DNA from: Nitrospirota bacterium
GTDB taxonomy: Bacteria; Nitrospirota; Nitrospiria; SBBL01; SBBA01
Reading direction: 5' to 3'
Length of the DNA: 58,346 nt
NCBI GenBank assembly: GCA_038067655.1
Contig: JBBTNS010000018.1
Span: 1 to 58,346 of the forward strand
Under the pieces are notes generated by a model, which was not told where the DNA came from, ran no database searches, and was given only the letters and a program-made list of their open reading frames with translations. Below, piece after piece: positions 1-8,641 of the stretch. Position 1 is the first letter of the stretch. Every line of letters begins with the position of its first letter. A program made the position numbers and the translations under genes.

Positions 1-78
1 AATATCCAAGGGGGCTTCCCAGTTTTCTTAAACTCCTATCTCTGTTTTAGGGTTCATTTGGTAGTGACTCTCCTTCTA

Positions 79-146
79 TGTCATTCCGGCAATCTTTAAG
101 CCGGAATCCAGTGGTTTTTAGATTCTGGCTTCCCGATAGAGACATT
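79..146. repeat. REP-like palindromic element, copy A (ATTCCGGC-N9-GCCGGAAT hairpin at 83-107, second arm degenerate)
   Basis: Same unit as 30238-30308 and, inverted, 31474-31552. It abuts the moaE stop and accounts for the N-terminus of spurious ORF 78..452 (MSFRQSLSRNP). Confidence 0.6.
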
Positions 147-149
147 AGG

Positions 150-569
150 TTACGGGCGGTCATGAACCCAAATCTTTCCATCTTGGGTTTCCTCTCGCTT
201 CCAAATCGGCACGGTCTTTTTCAATTCATCAATACACCAGGAGCAAGCATCAAAGGCCGCCTTCCGATGTTCTGCACCTACAACAATCAACACAATGTTC
301 TCTCCGACCTGAATGTTTCCAACACGATGGATCATTGTGACGGCGGCGATATCAAATGTGGTCAGTGCCTTTTCCCGGATTTTCCGCAAGGTCTCTTCTG
401 CCATCTTGGGATAATGCTCAAACGAAAGTGCAGTGACAATCTGCCCTTTTGAGAAATCGCGGGCCGTGCCCAAAAACGTGACGATCCCTCCGATTTTGAG
501 AGAGAGGCCTTTCATCTTGCCGATCTCTTCTTCAATAGAAAAGTCGCCGGATTGAATGCGTATAGACAT
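150..569 (-). CDS. moaE: Molybdopterin synthase catalytic subunit MoaE
   Basis: Translation has MoaE hallmarks (FLGTARDFS..., IHRVG, GAEHRKAAF, PIWKRE). Start moved to MSIRIQ (569) because the longer ORF would overlap moaD. Confidence 0.85.
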   Translation of the reverse strand: MSIRIQSGDFSIEEEIGKMKGLSLKIGGIVTFLGTARDFSKGQIVTALSFEHYPKMAEETLRKIREKALTTFDIAAVTMIHRVGNIQVGENIVLIVVGAEHRKAAFDACSWCIDELKKTVPIWKREETQDGKIWVHDRP

Positions 570-579
570 AATTTTCGGA

Positions 580-834
580 TCAACCGCCGGAAAAGGGTGG
601 CAAAAAAGCAACCTCATCCCCATGTTTTATGACCGTTTCATCATCCACAAATTCTTGATTGATAGCAGTTTGCATATTACCTGTGGACAACACGCCCTTA
701 AGATTTGGGATCGTTTCTTCCAGATGAGAGACCAACTGCTTGAGGGTGTATTCAGAAACAATGTCTAAGGAAAGCGTGTCTGCTCCTGCCCTATCTTTCA
801 ACTGAGCAAAGAACCGTATGGTGACATGATTCAT
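580..834 (-). CDS. moaD: Molybdopterin synthase sulfur-carrier subunit MoaD (ThiS/MoaD ubiquitin-like fold)
   Basis: 84 aa ending in the diagnostic C-terminal GG (LPPFSGG); sits directly upstream of moaE. Confidence 0.85.
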   Translation of the reverse strand: MNHVTIRFFAQLKDRAGADTLSLDIVSEYTLKQLVSHLEETIPNLKGVLSTGNMQTAINQEFVDDETVIKHGDEVAFLPPFSGG

Positions 835-860
835 AAAGCGTTTTTAATTCTCCTCCTTAG

Positions 861-1238
861 TTAAGGAGTCGGAACGCCGACTGCGGGGGGTGGGGTGGTT
901 TGTTCTTTCGCATGAACAGCTTCCAGCCATTTAATAATCTCGTCAATTTCCGCCTCGGAAAGAACAGAGGCAAACGGAGGCATCCGATCTCGACCATTCA
1001 AAACCGTCTTTACAAATTGATCACGTGGAATCGTTTTTCCATCCGTTACAAGCGGCATGGCACGGGATGTTCCCTCGCCAATATCGCCGTGGCAACGATA
1101 GCAGCGGACATCGGAGCGGACAATCCCATGAAAAATCTTCGCGCCGGGATGATCCCCCAATGGAATCGGTTTAGGTTCACAGGCCAAAAGAAGGAACGGG
1201 AGTAAAAGAAAACCGCTTGAAAAGAAAAACCGTTTCAT
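861..1238 (-). CDS. Small secreted or lipoprotein c-type cytochrome
   Basis: Signal peptide with LLLAC lipobox-like cysteine and one CxxCH haem motif (CYRCHG). The last 9 codons lie inside a 38-bp repeat also present at 34243-34280. Confidence 0.75.
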   Translation of the reverse strand: MKRFFFSSGFLLLPFLLLACEPKPIPLGDHPGAKIFHGIVRSDVRCYRCHGDIGEGTSRAMPLVTDGKTIPRDQFVKTVLNGRDRMPPFASVLSEAEIDEIIKWLEAVHAKEQTTPPPAVGVPTP

Positions 1239-1274
1239 ATACCGTACTGTATACTTTTCTGACAGTCCGTTGCA

Positions 1275-1892
1275 ATGAAAACTACCTCTAAAAACCTACC
1301 CATTATTCTCTTCCTGATTTTTTTTAATCTCGTCTTTGTTCGATTTGCCTTATCGGATGATCCCCCCCAAAAGGAACCCTCCAAAATCTATCGGTATGTT
1401 GGGGAAAATAATGTCACAGTCTTTACCGATGATATTAATAAAATTCCGAAAAAATTTCGGAGTCAGGCAAAAGTGCTTGAAGTCAAAGAAAAGAAAGTAG
1501 AGAAACCAAAGAAAAAAATAACACAAGCGATTTCATCCGCAACGCTCAGTGATCCGTTTGTTAGAAATAGTCTCATTTTTATTGTCGTGCTGGTTCTCTT
1601 TTGGCTGATTAAACTTTGGATCAAAAACATGATCTTAAAGCTGATCGCCCGTGTCGCCATTAAGATCGCTCTGGTCGGATTCCTCTATATGGTCGCACAC
1701 CACTGGTTCTTTGCCGAAAAGGAAAGCTCTTTTTTTACCGCTGTAAAAAAATCGGTTGGGCAATACCAGAAGGTTTTACCGTTTCAGAAAGCGACCGAGG
1801 GTGTTCAATCGTATAATAAAAAACAAGAAGAGGAGAAAAAAGCACTCGATGCGATTGAAGCTCAAAAGCCCATTGATAAACGAGGCCGCTAA
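1275..1892 (+). CDS. Membrane protein with DUF4124-like N-terminal domain
   Basis: Signal peptide, then IYRYVGENNVTVFTDDINKIP (DUF4124-like), a Lys-rich linker and two or three hydrophobic helices. Confidence 0.5.
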   Translation: MKTTSKNLPIILFLIFFNLVFVRFALSDDPPQKEPSKIYRYVGENNVTVFTDDINKIPKKFRSQAKVLEVKEKKVEKPKKKITQAISSATLSDPFVRNSLIFIVVLVLFWLIKLWIKNMILKLIARVAIKIALVGFLYMVAHHWFFAEKESSFFTAVKKSVGQYQKVLPFQKATEGVQSYNKKQEEEKKALDAIEAQKPIDKRGR

Positions 1893-1934
1893 AGCAATAC
1901 ATCGCACCGTTCGTGGTGAGCTTGTCGAGCCATA

Positions 1935-4900
1935 TTATAATAAATGACTGCCCTCCAAGAGAAAGTCAAAATCAGATCGAGAAATCAACGTGCCTTTGCC
2001 AGCCTGGGCGGGATCCCCCATGACCGCTTCATACAGCGCAAGCTTTTTTTGTTTTAAGACCATCATTTTTTCTTCAATGGTATGACGCATCAGAATTCGA
2101 GTAATAGAGACTTTTTGCGTCTGCCCAATCCGATGTGCGCGATCGGTGGCCTGATTCTCAACGGCGGGATTCCACCACGGGTCAAGATGAAAGACATACG
2201 ACGCGCGCGTTAAATTCAGCCCCTGTCCGCCCGCCTTTAAGCTAAGCAAAAAAACGGTAGGGTGTTCTCCCCCTTGAAAACGCTGAACCAGCTCCTTTCT
2301 TTTTACTGTTGGGGTTTTCCCATCGAGTCTTAAGAAGGGAATCGCCTGTTTTTTTAACCGCTCCTCTACAATATCCAAAAAAGAGGTAAACTGCGAAAAA
2401 ACCAATGCGCTATGGTTTTCCTCCATCAGTTCCTGTAGCTTTTCAAGCAGGAAATCAATCTTCGGCGAATCTTCTTTTTCTTGGTGGGTCAGTAATCGAG
2501 GCGAAATACAAAGCTGTCTTAGTTTTAAAATGGCGGTTAACGCAATAATACGGGCTTGGGACGCGGTTTTCTGCCGATAGGCTTGGTCTATATTGGATTG
2601 AATCTCAGCAACGGTCTTCTGATAAAGCGACTTTTGTCGTTCGGTGAGTGACAAATAAACATCCGTTTCTGTTTTTTCCGGCAGGTCTTTTAAGACCGCT
2701 TCTTTTGTCCGCCTTAAAACAAATGGCCGGGTTCTCCGAATGAGGGTCTCAAGCATTGGCGATGTCTCAAGATTGATCTGCGACTTAAATAGATCGTATT
2801 CCCCGAGCAGCCCTGGGAGACAAAGATCAATCAGCGAGTAATATTCCCCCAGATGATTTTCCAACGGCGTTCCCGTCATGGTGAGTTTGAAAGACCCCCT
2901 TAATTGGCGGGCGGCACATGTTGTATCCGCCATGATATTTTTAATCGCCTGTGCCTCATCGAAAATAATCACATCGAATTGCACAAATTTCAGTTTTTCA
3001 ATATCACGCCGCATCAAACCGTATGTCGTGATCACGACATCACAGTTGTTAAAGGTCGCATTACGTTCCTTTCCAGTATAAAAATAGAGTTTTAGATTTG
3101 GATAAAAACGAGTCAGCTCCGTCTCCCAATTAAATAACAAACTGGGAGGCAGTACAACCAAGTGCGGCAGCCGCCGACGACTGATCGCGATATTGCTGCT
3201 CCCAGTTTGTGCAGCAGAGAGAGAGAGAAGGGATTGGGGGGCAGGGAGGGCGGGTTTTTCAGCCCCAACGGGGCCGACCCCCTCGGTGTGGCCGTTGCCA
3301 CAAATAATCCCTTCATGAATGCCGCCTAAAAAACTAATCGCCTGAATTGTTTTTCCCAGCCCCATGTCGTCTGCGAGACAGGCGCCAAACCGATGCTGAT
3401 AGAGAAACGCAAGCTGGTCGTATCCCTCTTTTTGGTATGGCCGAAGCTGTGCCGCGAGTTGCTTGGGAAGGGCGGTGGGCTCAATTTGAGTAAAGCGGGT
3501 GAGCTTTTTGACTAAGGTCTCATCTTCGTCTGAAAGTATTACCTTCACCCCTTGATTACGAAGCGCAATCCAATCCAAAATCTGAAGTCTCGGAACCTGA
3601 ACAATCTCTTTTTGACCCCCTTTCTTCTTTGGCATCATTTTGTAAAGGGTGGTCAACGATTTTAATATCTGCTGTGTATTAGAATCGAGAATTTGAACCA
3701 GCCCCCCCGATTCGACGACGCCGCCTTGCTCCAAAAGGCTTCTCCACACAGCCTCGTCTAGAGCCTCCCCGTTGCATCGAATTTCCGGAAGAATCTCAAA
3801 CCAATTCGTCTGTGTTTTTTGATCCCGCTTTGCATTGATTGTAACGTCCCACGAAGCCGTCTTCATGGGTTTATCATTATAAAAAAGAGCGATCTCCTGT
3901 TTGGCCAATGTTGAATAGAGCACGTTGAGGTTGGCATGTAACAATTGAGAATCAATTGTCATCTCATAGTGGCGCTGACTGTCATAAAAGATTGGCGCGC
4001 CGAATTGTTGCAGCGGAATTTGATATAAAAGAGCCTCTTTTGTTTTTTGATTGGAAATCAGATGCCATTGACCCTTATAAAATTGAAGACGAAAGTCCGA
4101 CTCCAAATAGGCTGATGAAAAATGCTTTAGCATCCGCTTTGCGTATGCAAACAATTGCTGCGAATCAAACAGAGCCGTCGGGAGTAAATTGTCTATCTTC
4201 TCGTTCATCTCGGTCTTTGTTTTTATATCGGACAACATTGATAAGAAGAGCGTTATTAAAGGGGCCAGTCTTTTTTTTGCGCGCAAAGCGGACGGAACAG
4301 ATCGCGCCTGATGGAGATAGGTGAAAAACTGGAATGTGGGCGCGTGTGTGGGAACAATTGACTCTCCCAAACAACAGGCGGCGGACAGTCGAACCGATTT
4401 TTTTTGCATGATGCCATATTCATCTTTTTTCGGATGAATCATCAGACAATAGCGATGAGATGATATTTGAATCGGCAATGCGCTGCCTGAAACTTTAAGG
4501 ATGAGATCCTTAATCGAATCAAATGAAAGGGTTTGCCCTTCCTTTAAGGATCGAACCGACAACCGATTTTTTGCGACATTCATTTGGAGCGATAAAAAAT
4601 CTTTCAATGAAACCTGAAAAGAGCCATGCTGTGATCGCCGCTCTTGCTGTGCTGAAAGCTCCCACGAGTTAGGCGTTCGATTGCTTAAATATAAGTCAGA
4701 ACCACTGAATTGTTTTGTATGACTCAATAGAAAAAGCCGAAGCAGATCATCATAAAAATGCCAGCCGGACGAATCATTTACGATCCCTAGCGTTTTATGG
4801 ATCGGATCCGCAACAAAATCGCCAATAAAATGAGCGGACTCTTGCACGGCCTGATTCAATAAACAACGGGGCGAGATTGAAACACGCTCCCCCTCTACAT

Positions 4901-5585
4901 TCATCTCAGTTTGAGATTGATAAATGCGCTCCGGGTCCCATGATAAGTCGATCTCCCCCGTTTTTAACAGCAAGGTGATCGGATAGCTATTTCCCGATTG
5001 CGTTAAGTACAAAAAGAACTGCTCGGAAGGAAATCGCATGCTATAGGAATCAAACAAGGGGAAAAGCACGTGGGGAATTTCCCATCTTGCATAGGCCTTT
5101 TTCTTGTTTTTTCTGATCGACAGGGACGGCGTATGCCCCGTCAGATCCAGAGCGATATCGTATCGATCCCGCTCTGCTCTTCTGACTTTTTCATGAGAAG
5201 GCAATTTTTCATTCAGCAGGGCTTCCGAAAGCCTTTCTAGGCGTGCCGGGTCTTGGTTGGGCATCTTAAATAGATTGGGAGAAAGAAGATTCTTCGTCGT
5301 GAGCAGGACGCAAATCAGATGTTTACAATGAGATTCTCGTGTCCATGCTGGGCAATTGCAGGTGAACTTAAGATGAGTGCCTTCGCAAAAAAGAAGAACC
5401 GAATAAATACTGGATCCTCGTACTTGCACTTGAAGATAATCGTCTTTCCATTCGTATGATAAGACTCGTTCGTCTTCGTAATAGTGAAGTCCTCGTATAA
5501 AGTAATCCTTGGGTGCTATAAAGTAGAGTTCGTTGGGCAGTATTGCTTTTAACTGTTGAAGCAGGCGCTGTTCTTGTTTCGGCAT
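1935..5585 (-). CDS. SWIM zinc-finger / SNF2-family (SF2) helicase, 1216 aa
   Basis: SWIM motif CNCPAWTRESHCKHLICVL near the N-terminus. SNF2 motifs present: LADDMGLGKT, IIFDEAQAIKN, TGTPLENHL, and LSLKAGGQGLNLT...HLDPWWNP...QATDRAHRIGQ. Confidence 0.85.
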   Translation of the reverse strand: MPKQEQRLLQQLKAILPNELYFIAPKDYFIRGLHYYEDERVLSYEWKDDYLQVQVRGSSIYSVLLFCEGTHLKFTCNCPAWTRESHCKHLICVLLTTKNLLSPNLFKMPNQDPARLERLSEALLNEKLPSHEKVRRAERDRYDIALDLTGHTPSLSIRKNKKKAYARWEIPHVLFPLFDSYSMRFPSEQFFLYLTQSGNSYPITLLLKTGEIDLSWDPERIYQSQTEMNVEGERVSISPRCLLNQAVQESAHFIGDFVADPIHKTLGIVNDSSGWHFYDDLLRLFLLSHTKQFSGSDLYLSNRTPNSWELSAQQERRSQHGSFQVSLKDFLSLQMNVAKNRLSVRSLKEGQTLSFDSIKDLILKVSGSALPIQISSHRYCLMIHPKKDEYGIMQKKSVRLSAACCLGESIVPTHAPTFQFFTYLHQARSVPSALRAKKRLAPLITLFLSMLSDIKTKTEMNEKIDNLLPTALFDSQQLFAYAKRMLKHFSSAYLESDFRLQFYKGQWHLISNQKTKEALLYQIPLQQFGAPIFYDSQRHYEMTIDSQLLHANLNVLYSTLAKQEIALFYNDKPMKTASWDVTINAKRDQKTQTNWFEILPEIRCNGEALDEAVWRSLLEQGGVVESGGLVQILDSNTQQILKSLTTLYKMMPKKKGGQKEIVQVPRLQILDWIALRNQGVKVILSDEDETLVKKLTRFTQIEPTALPKQLAAQLRPYQKEGYDQLAFLYQHRFGACLADDMGLGKTIQAISFLGGIHEGIICGNGHTEGVGPVGAEKPALPAPQSLLSLSAAQTGSSNIAISRRRLPHLVVLPPSLLFNWETELTRFYPNLKLYFYTGKERNATFNNCDVVITTYGLMRRDIEKLKFVQFDVIIFDEAQAIKNIMADTTCAARQLRGSFKLTMTGTPLENHLGEYYSLIDLCLPGLLGEYDLFKSQINLETSPMLETLIRRTRPFVLRRTKEAVLKDLPEKTETDVYLSLTERQKSLYQKTVAEIQSNIDQAYRQKTASQARIIALTAILKLRQLCISPRLLTHQEKEDSPKIDFLLEKLQELMEENHSALVFSQFTSFLDIVEERLKKQAIPFLRLDGKTPTVKRKELVQRFQGGEHPTVFLLSLKAGGQGLNLTRASYVFHLDPWWNPAVENQATDRAHRIGQTQKVSITRILMRHTIEEKMMVLKQKKLALYEAVMGDPAQAGKGTLISRSDFDFLLEGSHLL

Positions 5586-5724
5586 AAGAGACTATTCCAT
5601 ACGCAAAGACGTATTATTAAAGGGTGAATCGACAAGTGTAATCCAGATAAAACGACCTGTCAACAATAATGACCGAATGCTTTTTCTGATGTTTTGACCT
5701 TCATCCCCAAACCTTGTATTATTA

Positions 5725-5883
5725 GGGCATGGAGACAAATAACCTATCCAGTCGAGCTGCCAATTCATCCCTGTTTACTGTGTTGCTCGTCGCTTACATA
5801 CCAAAGGGTATGCTCACTCCTCGCGCCTTGCAAACAGGGCGACTCGTTTGCTCTTTGTGTATCGGTTATTTGTTTCCATGCCC
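5725..5883. repeat. 159-bp element with 20-bp terminal inverted repeats (MITE-like or structured RNA)
   Basis: GGGCATGGAGACAAATAACC (5725-5744) pairs with GGTTATTTGTTTCCATGCCC (5864-5883) at 19/20 positions. Internal hairpin CATACC-AAAG-GGTATG. TTA is present on both flanks. Confidence 0.5.
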
Positions 5884-5893
5884 TTAGCCCAAA

Positions 5894-6916
5894 ATGTTAC
5901 GCCTGCTTGATCGCTATATCTTCAAAGAGATTCTTGCTCCCTTTCTGATCGGGATTCTGATCCTCACATTCTTAATCCTGCTCCAACAACTGCTCACACT
6001 GACAGAGTGGGTGGTGGACAAAGGGGTCAGCCTTCTGACCGTCGCTGACATTTTTATAAAGCTGCTCCCCTCTTTCTTCCTTTTAACCACTCCCATGGCG
6101 GCGGCCTTTGCGGCGATCCTCGCGTTTCATCGGCTGTCCTCCGATCGCGAACTCATTGCCCTAAACGCCGCCGGGATCGGTTTTTCCAGAATGCTGATGC
6201 CCGTGATCTGTTTTGCGACTTTTGCAGCCTTGTTGACATTCCTGATGGGAACACTTTCCTCCACATGGGGAACCACCTCACTAAAATCGGCTGGAAAGAA
6301 AATGCTAAAAGAGCGAGTGGGTGTCGGATTAGATGCCGGACGATTTACCGAAATCTTTCCGGGACTGATGATCTACGCCGAGTCCATGCCGGAACCTTCG
6401 AAAATAGAGCAGGTTTTTATTTACGATGGAAGATCGGCCGAACATCCACAAATTATCGCGGCTAAAACTGGCCAATTGATTAATGAGAAAGAGGCGATTG
6501 GTCTGGCACTTCAAAACGGAGCGATTCACCTGCATAAACCCTTGGTGGATCAAACGCTTTCTTTTGATTCATACGTTATAAAAATGCGTGTCCCAGTTCC
6601 TTCTTCTTCTGTCCCGTCTGAAAATAAAGCGCGTCAACAAATGGCACTGCATAAGCAATATGCGTTCGCCGTTGCCGCATTTCTTCTTTGTTTGATGGGC
6701 GCGGCATTGGGCGGCATGGCCGGAAACGGCGGACGGTTCGGCCCGATTGTTGCCGGCATTGGGTTGATCTTGCTTTATTATTCTCTGCAAAATGTCGGAA
6801 CCTATTTCTTCCCTGCAGGCAGTCAGTTTCCAGGAATGGCGGCTTGGATTCCCAACCTGGTTTTAACACCGATTACATTTTTTTTATTATTTCATAGAAA
6901 CGGGAAACGCGTTTAA
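5894..6916 (+). CDS. lptF: LPS export ABC permease LptF (YjgP/YjgQ family)
   Basis: N-terminus MLRLLDRYIFKEILAPF, a multi-pass membrane protein, followed 1 nt later by its paralogue lptG. Confidence 0.8.
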   Translation: MLRLLDRYIFKEILAPFLIGILILTFLILLQQLLTLTEWVVDKGVSLLTVADIFIKLLPSFFLLTTPMAAAFAAILAFHRLSSDRELIALNAAGIGFSRMLMPVICFATFAALLTFLMGTLSSTWGTTSLKSAGKKMLKERVGVGLDAGRFTEIFPGLMIYAESMPEPSKIEQVFIYDGRSAEHPQIIAAKTGQLINEKEAIGLALQNGAIHLHKPLVDQTLSFDSYVIKMRVPVPSSSVPSENKARQQMALHKQYAFAVAAFLLCLMGAALGGMAGNGGRFGPIVAGIGLILLYYSLQNVGTYFFPAGSQFPGMAAWIPNLVLTPITFFLLFHRNGKRV

Positions 6917-6917
6917 G

Positions 6918-8021
6918 ATGGCCTTATTATCCCGATATCTCTTGTCTGAATATTTAAAATGGCTGGCGATCCTTCTGACGACGCTGGTTATGGTCTTTCT
7001 TACGATTGACTCCTTGGACAAGGTGCGTTGGTATATCAAATACAATCCGACTTTCTTATCCGTTCTGGAATATTTTATTTTGAAAGTGCCGAAAATTGTT
7101 TCAGACCTCATGCCCATTGCCCTTTTCTTGGCTTCTTTAGTCACGCTTTTGCTCCTTGCAAAGAATAATGAGATCGTTTCGATGATGAGCGCGGGAATCA
7201 GTATGGTTCGGATCACGATGCCGATTCTAATTGTAGGGGGGGTGGTCAGTGCGATTTTTTTCTTTCTAAATGGGGCATTTATTCCTGCAACTTACAAGCA
7301 AGCGAGGATTGTCCAGCTGGAGAAAATTGAAAATGGGGGGTCGGTGGGAGCAAGAGGGACTTTCGTACAAAATAAAATCTGGCTTCGTGTGAGCCGTCAA
7401 ACCTTGCTTTATGCACAATTGGTAGACACGAAAAAGAACGCGATGTTTGGCGTACATCTTTATTATTTGGGAAATCTCATCCCCATGGAGGCGGAGATTG
7501 AAGCAGCGTCACTTTCTCATGAGATCGGCGGGTGGATTTTGTCTAATGGCGTTCATATCCAATATCAACAGGACGGAACGGTTTCTAAAACGCCATTTGT
7601 GAGAAAAACGGTTCAAATTGAGAAAACACTCCTTGAGATTCAACGGCTGGAGATCAAGCCGGACGAGATGACATACGAGCAATTACGGTTGTACATTGAT
7701 CAACTGAAAAAGGACGGGCTGAATGCCAATCGGTATGAAGTCGGTCTGAATCGAAAATATGCGTTCCCATTTTCAAATTTTGTTTTGGCCATTTTGGGCA
7801 TTCCGATCGCTTTTAAATATATGAACCTGAAACAAGGGGGAATGGCGCGGCCGGTTCTCTTGGGTCTTGGCGTGGTCTTGCTTTACTGGCTTTCTTTCTC
7901 AATTACCTATTCGATGGGAAGACTGGAAACACTTTCTCCCTGGGTCGCGGGATTTGGGCCACACATTGTGTTTTTGGCTTTGGGAATCGTGTTGCTCATC
8001 AACCTGCACCACCACATTTAG
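6918..8021 (+). CDS. lptG: LPS export ABC permease LptG (YjgP/YjgQ family)
   Basis: N-terminus LLSRYLLSEYLKWL, paralogous to the upstream gene, with the typical periplasmic insert between TM3 and TM4. Confidence 0.8.
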   Translation: MALLSRYLLSEYLKWLAILLTTLVMVFLTIDSLDKVRWYIKYNPTFLSVLEYFILKVPKIVSDLMPIALFLASLVTLLLLAKNNEIVSMMSAGISMVRITMPILIVGGVVSAIFFFLNGAFIPATYKQARIVQLEKIENGGSVGARGTFVQNKIWLRVSRQTLLYAQLVDTKKNAMFGVHLYYLGNLIPMEAEIEAASLSHEIGGWILSNGVHIQYQQDGTVSKTPFVRKTVQIEKTLLEIQRLEIKPDEMTYEQLRLYIDQLKKDGLNANRYEVGLNRKYAFPFSNFVLAILGIPIAFKYMNLKQGGMARPVLLGLGVVLLYWLSFSITYSMGRLETLSPWVAGFGPHIVFLALGIVLLINLHHHI

Positions 8022-8641
8022 TGGCCCGGCCACTGCGAGAACGACTGCTCCGCAGTCTTTGTTCATCAACCTACATTGTCATATTGGATTGCAGGGGCAG
8101 ACGACCGGTACGCCATCTGTCGGGACAGCCGCCGCATCGCGCCATCTAAAATGTAACCATAGGGTATATCGTCGGGTCATGTAAAGGGTAGACTTTGTAT
8201 GTTGGTCAGTGTAGAGTTTTATCGTTTCAATGGCCAGTAGCAGTTATTGGGTCTGTTAATTTTCACAAAATAAAGGAGGATTGAAAATGTCAAAGCCAAT
8301 AGGAGGGGCTCTAGCACAATCAGAATTATGACCAATCAATGCTAATTGATAGGCAGACACCTAACAACCGGCGATTGAACGAAGACCCAACAATGAGTGG
8401 GCTGTCTAGTGTGGCGGCGCAAATCCCACCTAGAGATACGGTTACGATTTCCTCAGGTTCTTCTCGTGCAAATAATTTAATGGTGAAGCCTTCTTCTGGA
8501 TTACCAAGCATTGAACGTGGAGAAACCACATTGCACTCTGAAACAAGTTTTTCCCCAGAACAGTCATTTACTTCAAGAAATGGAAAATACACCCTTTCCT
8601 TTCAAAACGGGAGTCTTGGACTCTCCCGAAATGAGAGGAGC

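Noticed and set aside
78-452. ORF 78..452 (+), 124 aa.
   Set aside because: Its N-terminus is the translation of REP copy A, and the rest is antisense to moaE, which has clear family motifs.
8273-8331. A 14-codon ORF (MSKPIGGALAQSEL) preceded by a strong AAGGAGG Shine-Dalgarno sequence in the lptG-BNR intergenic region.
   Set aside because: It is too short to evaluate and has no recognisable peptide class, modification-enzyme neighbour or repeat. It is kept only as a note.
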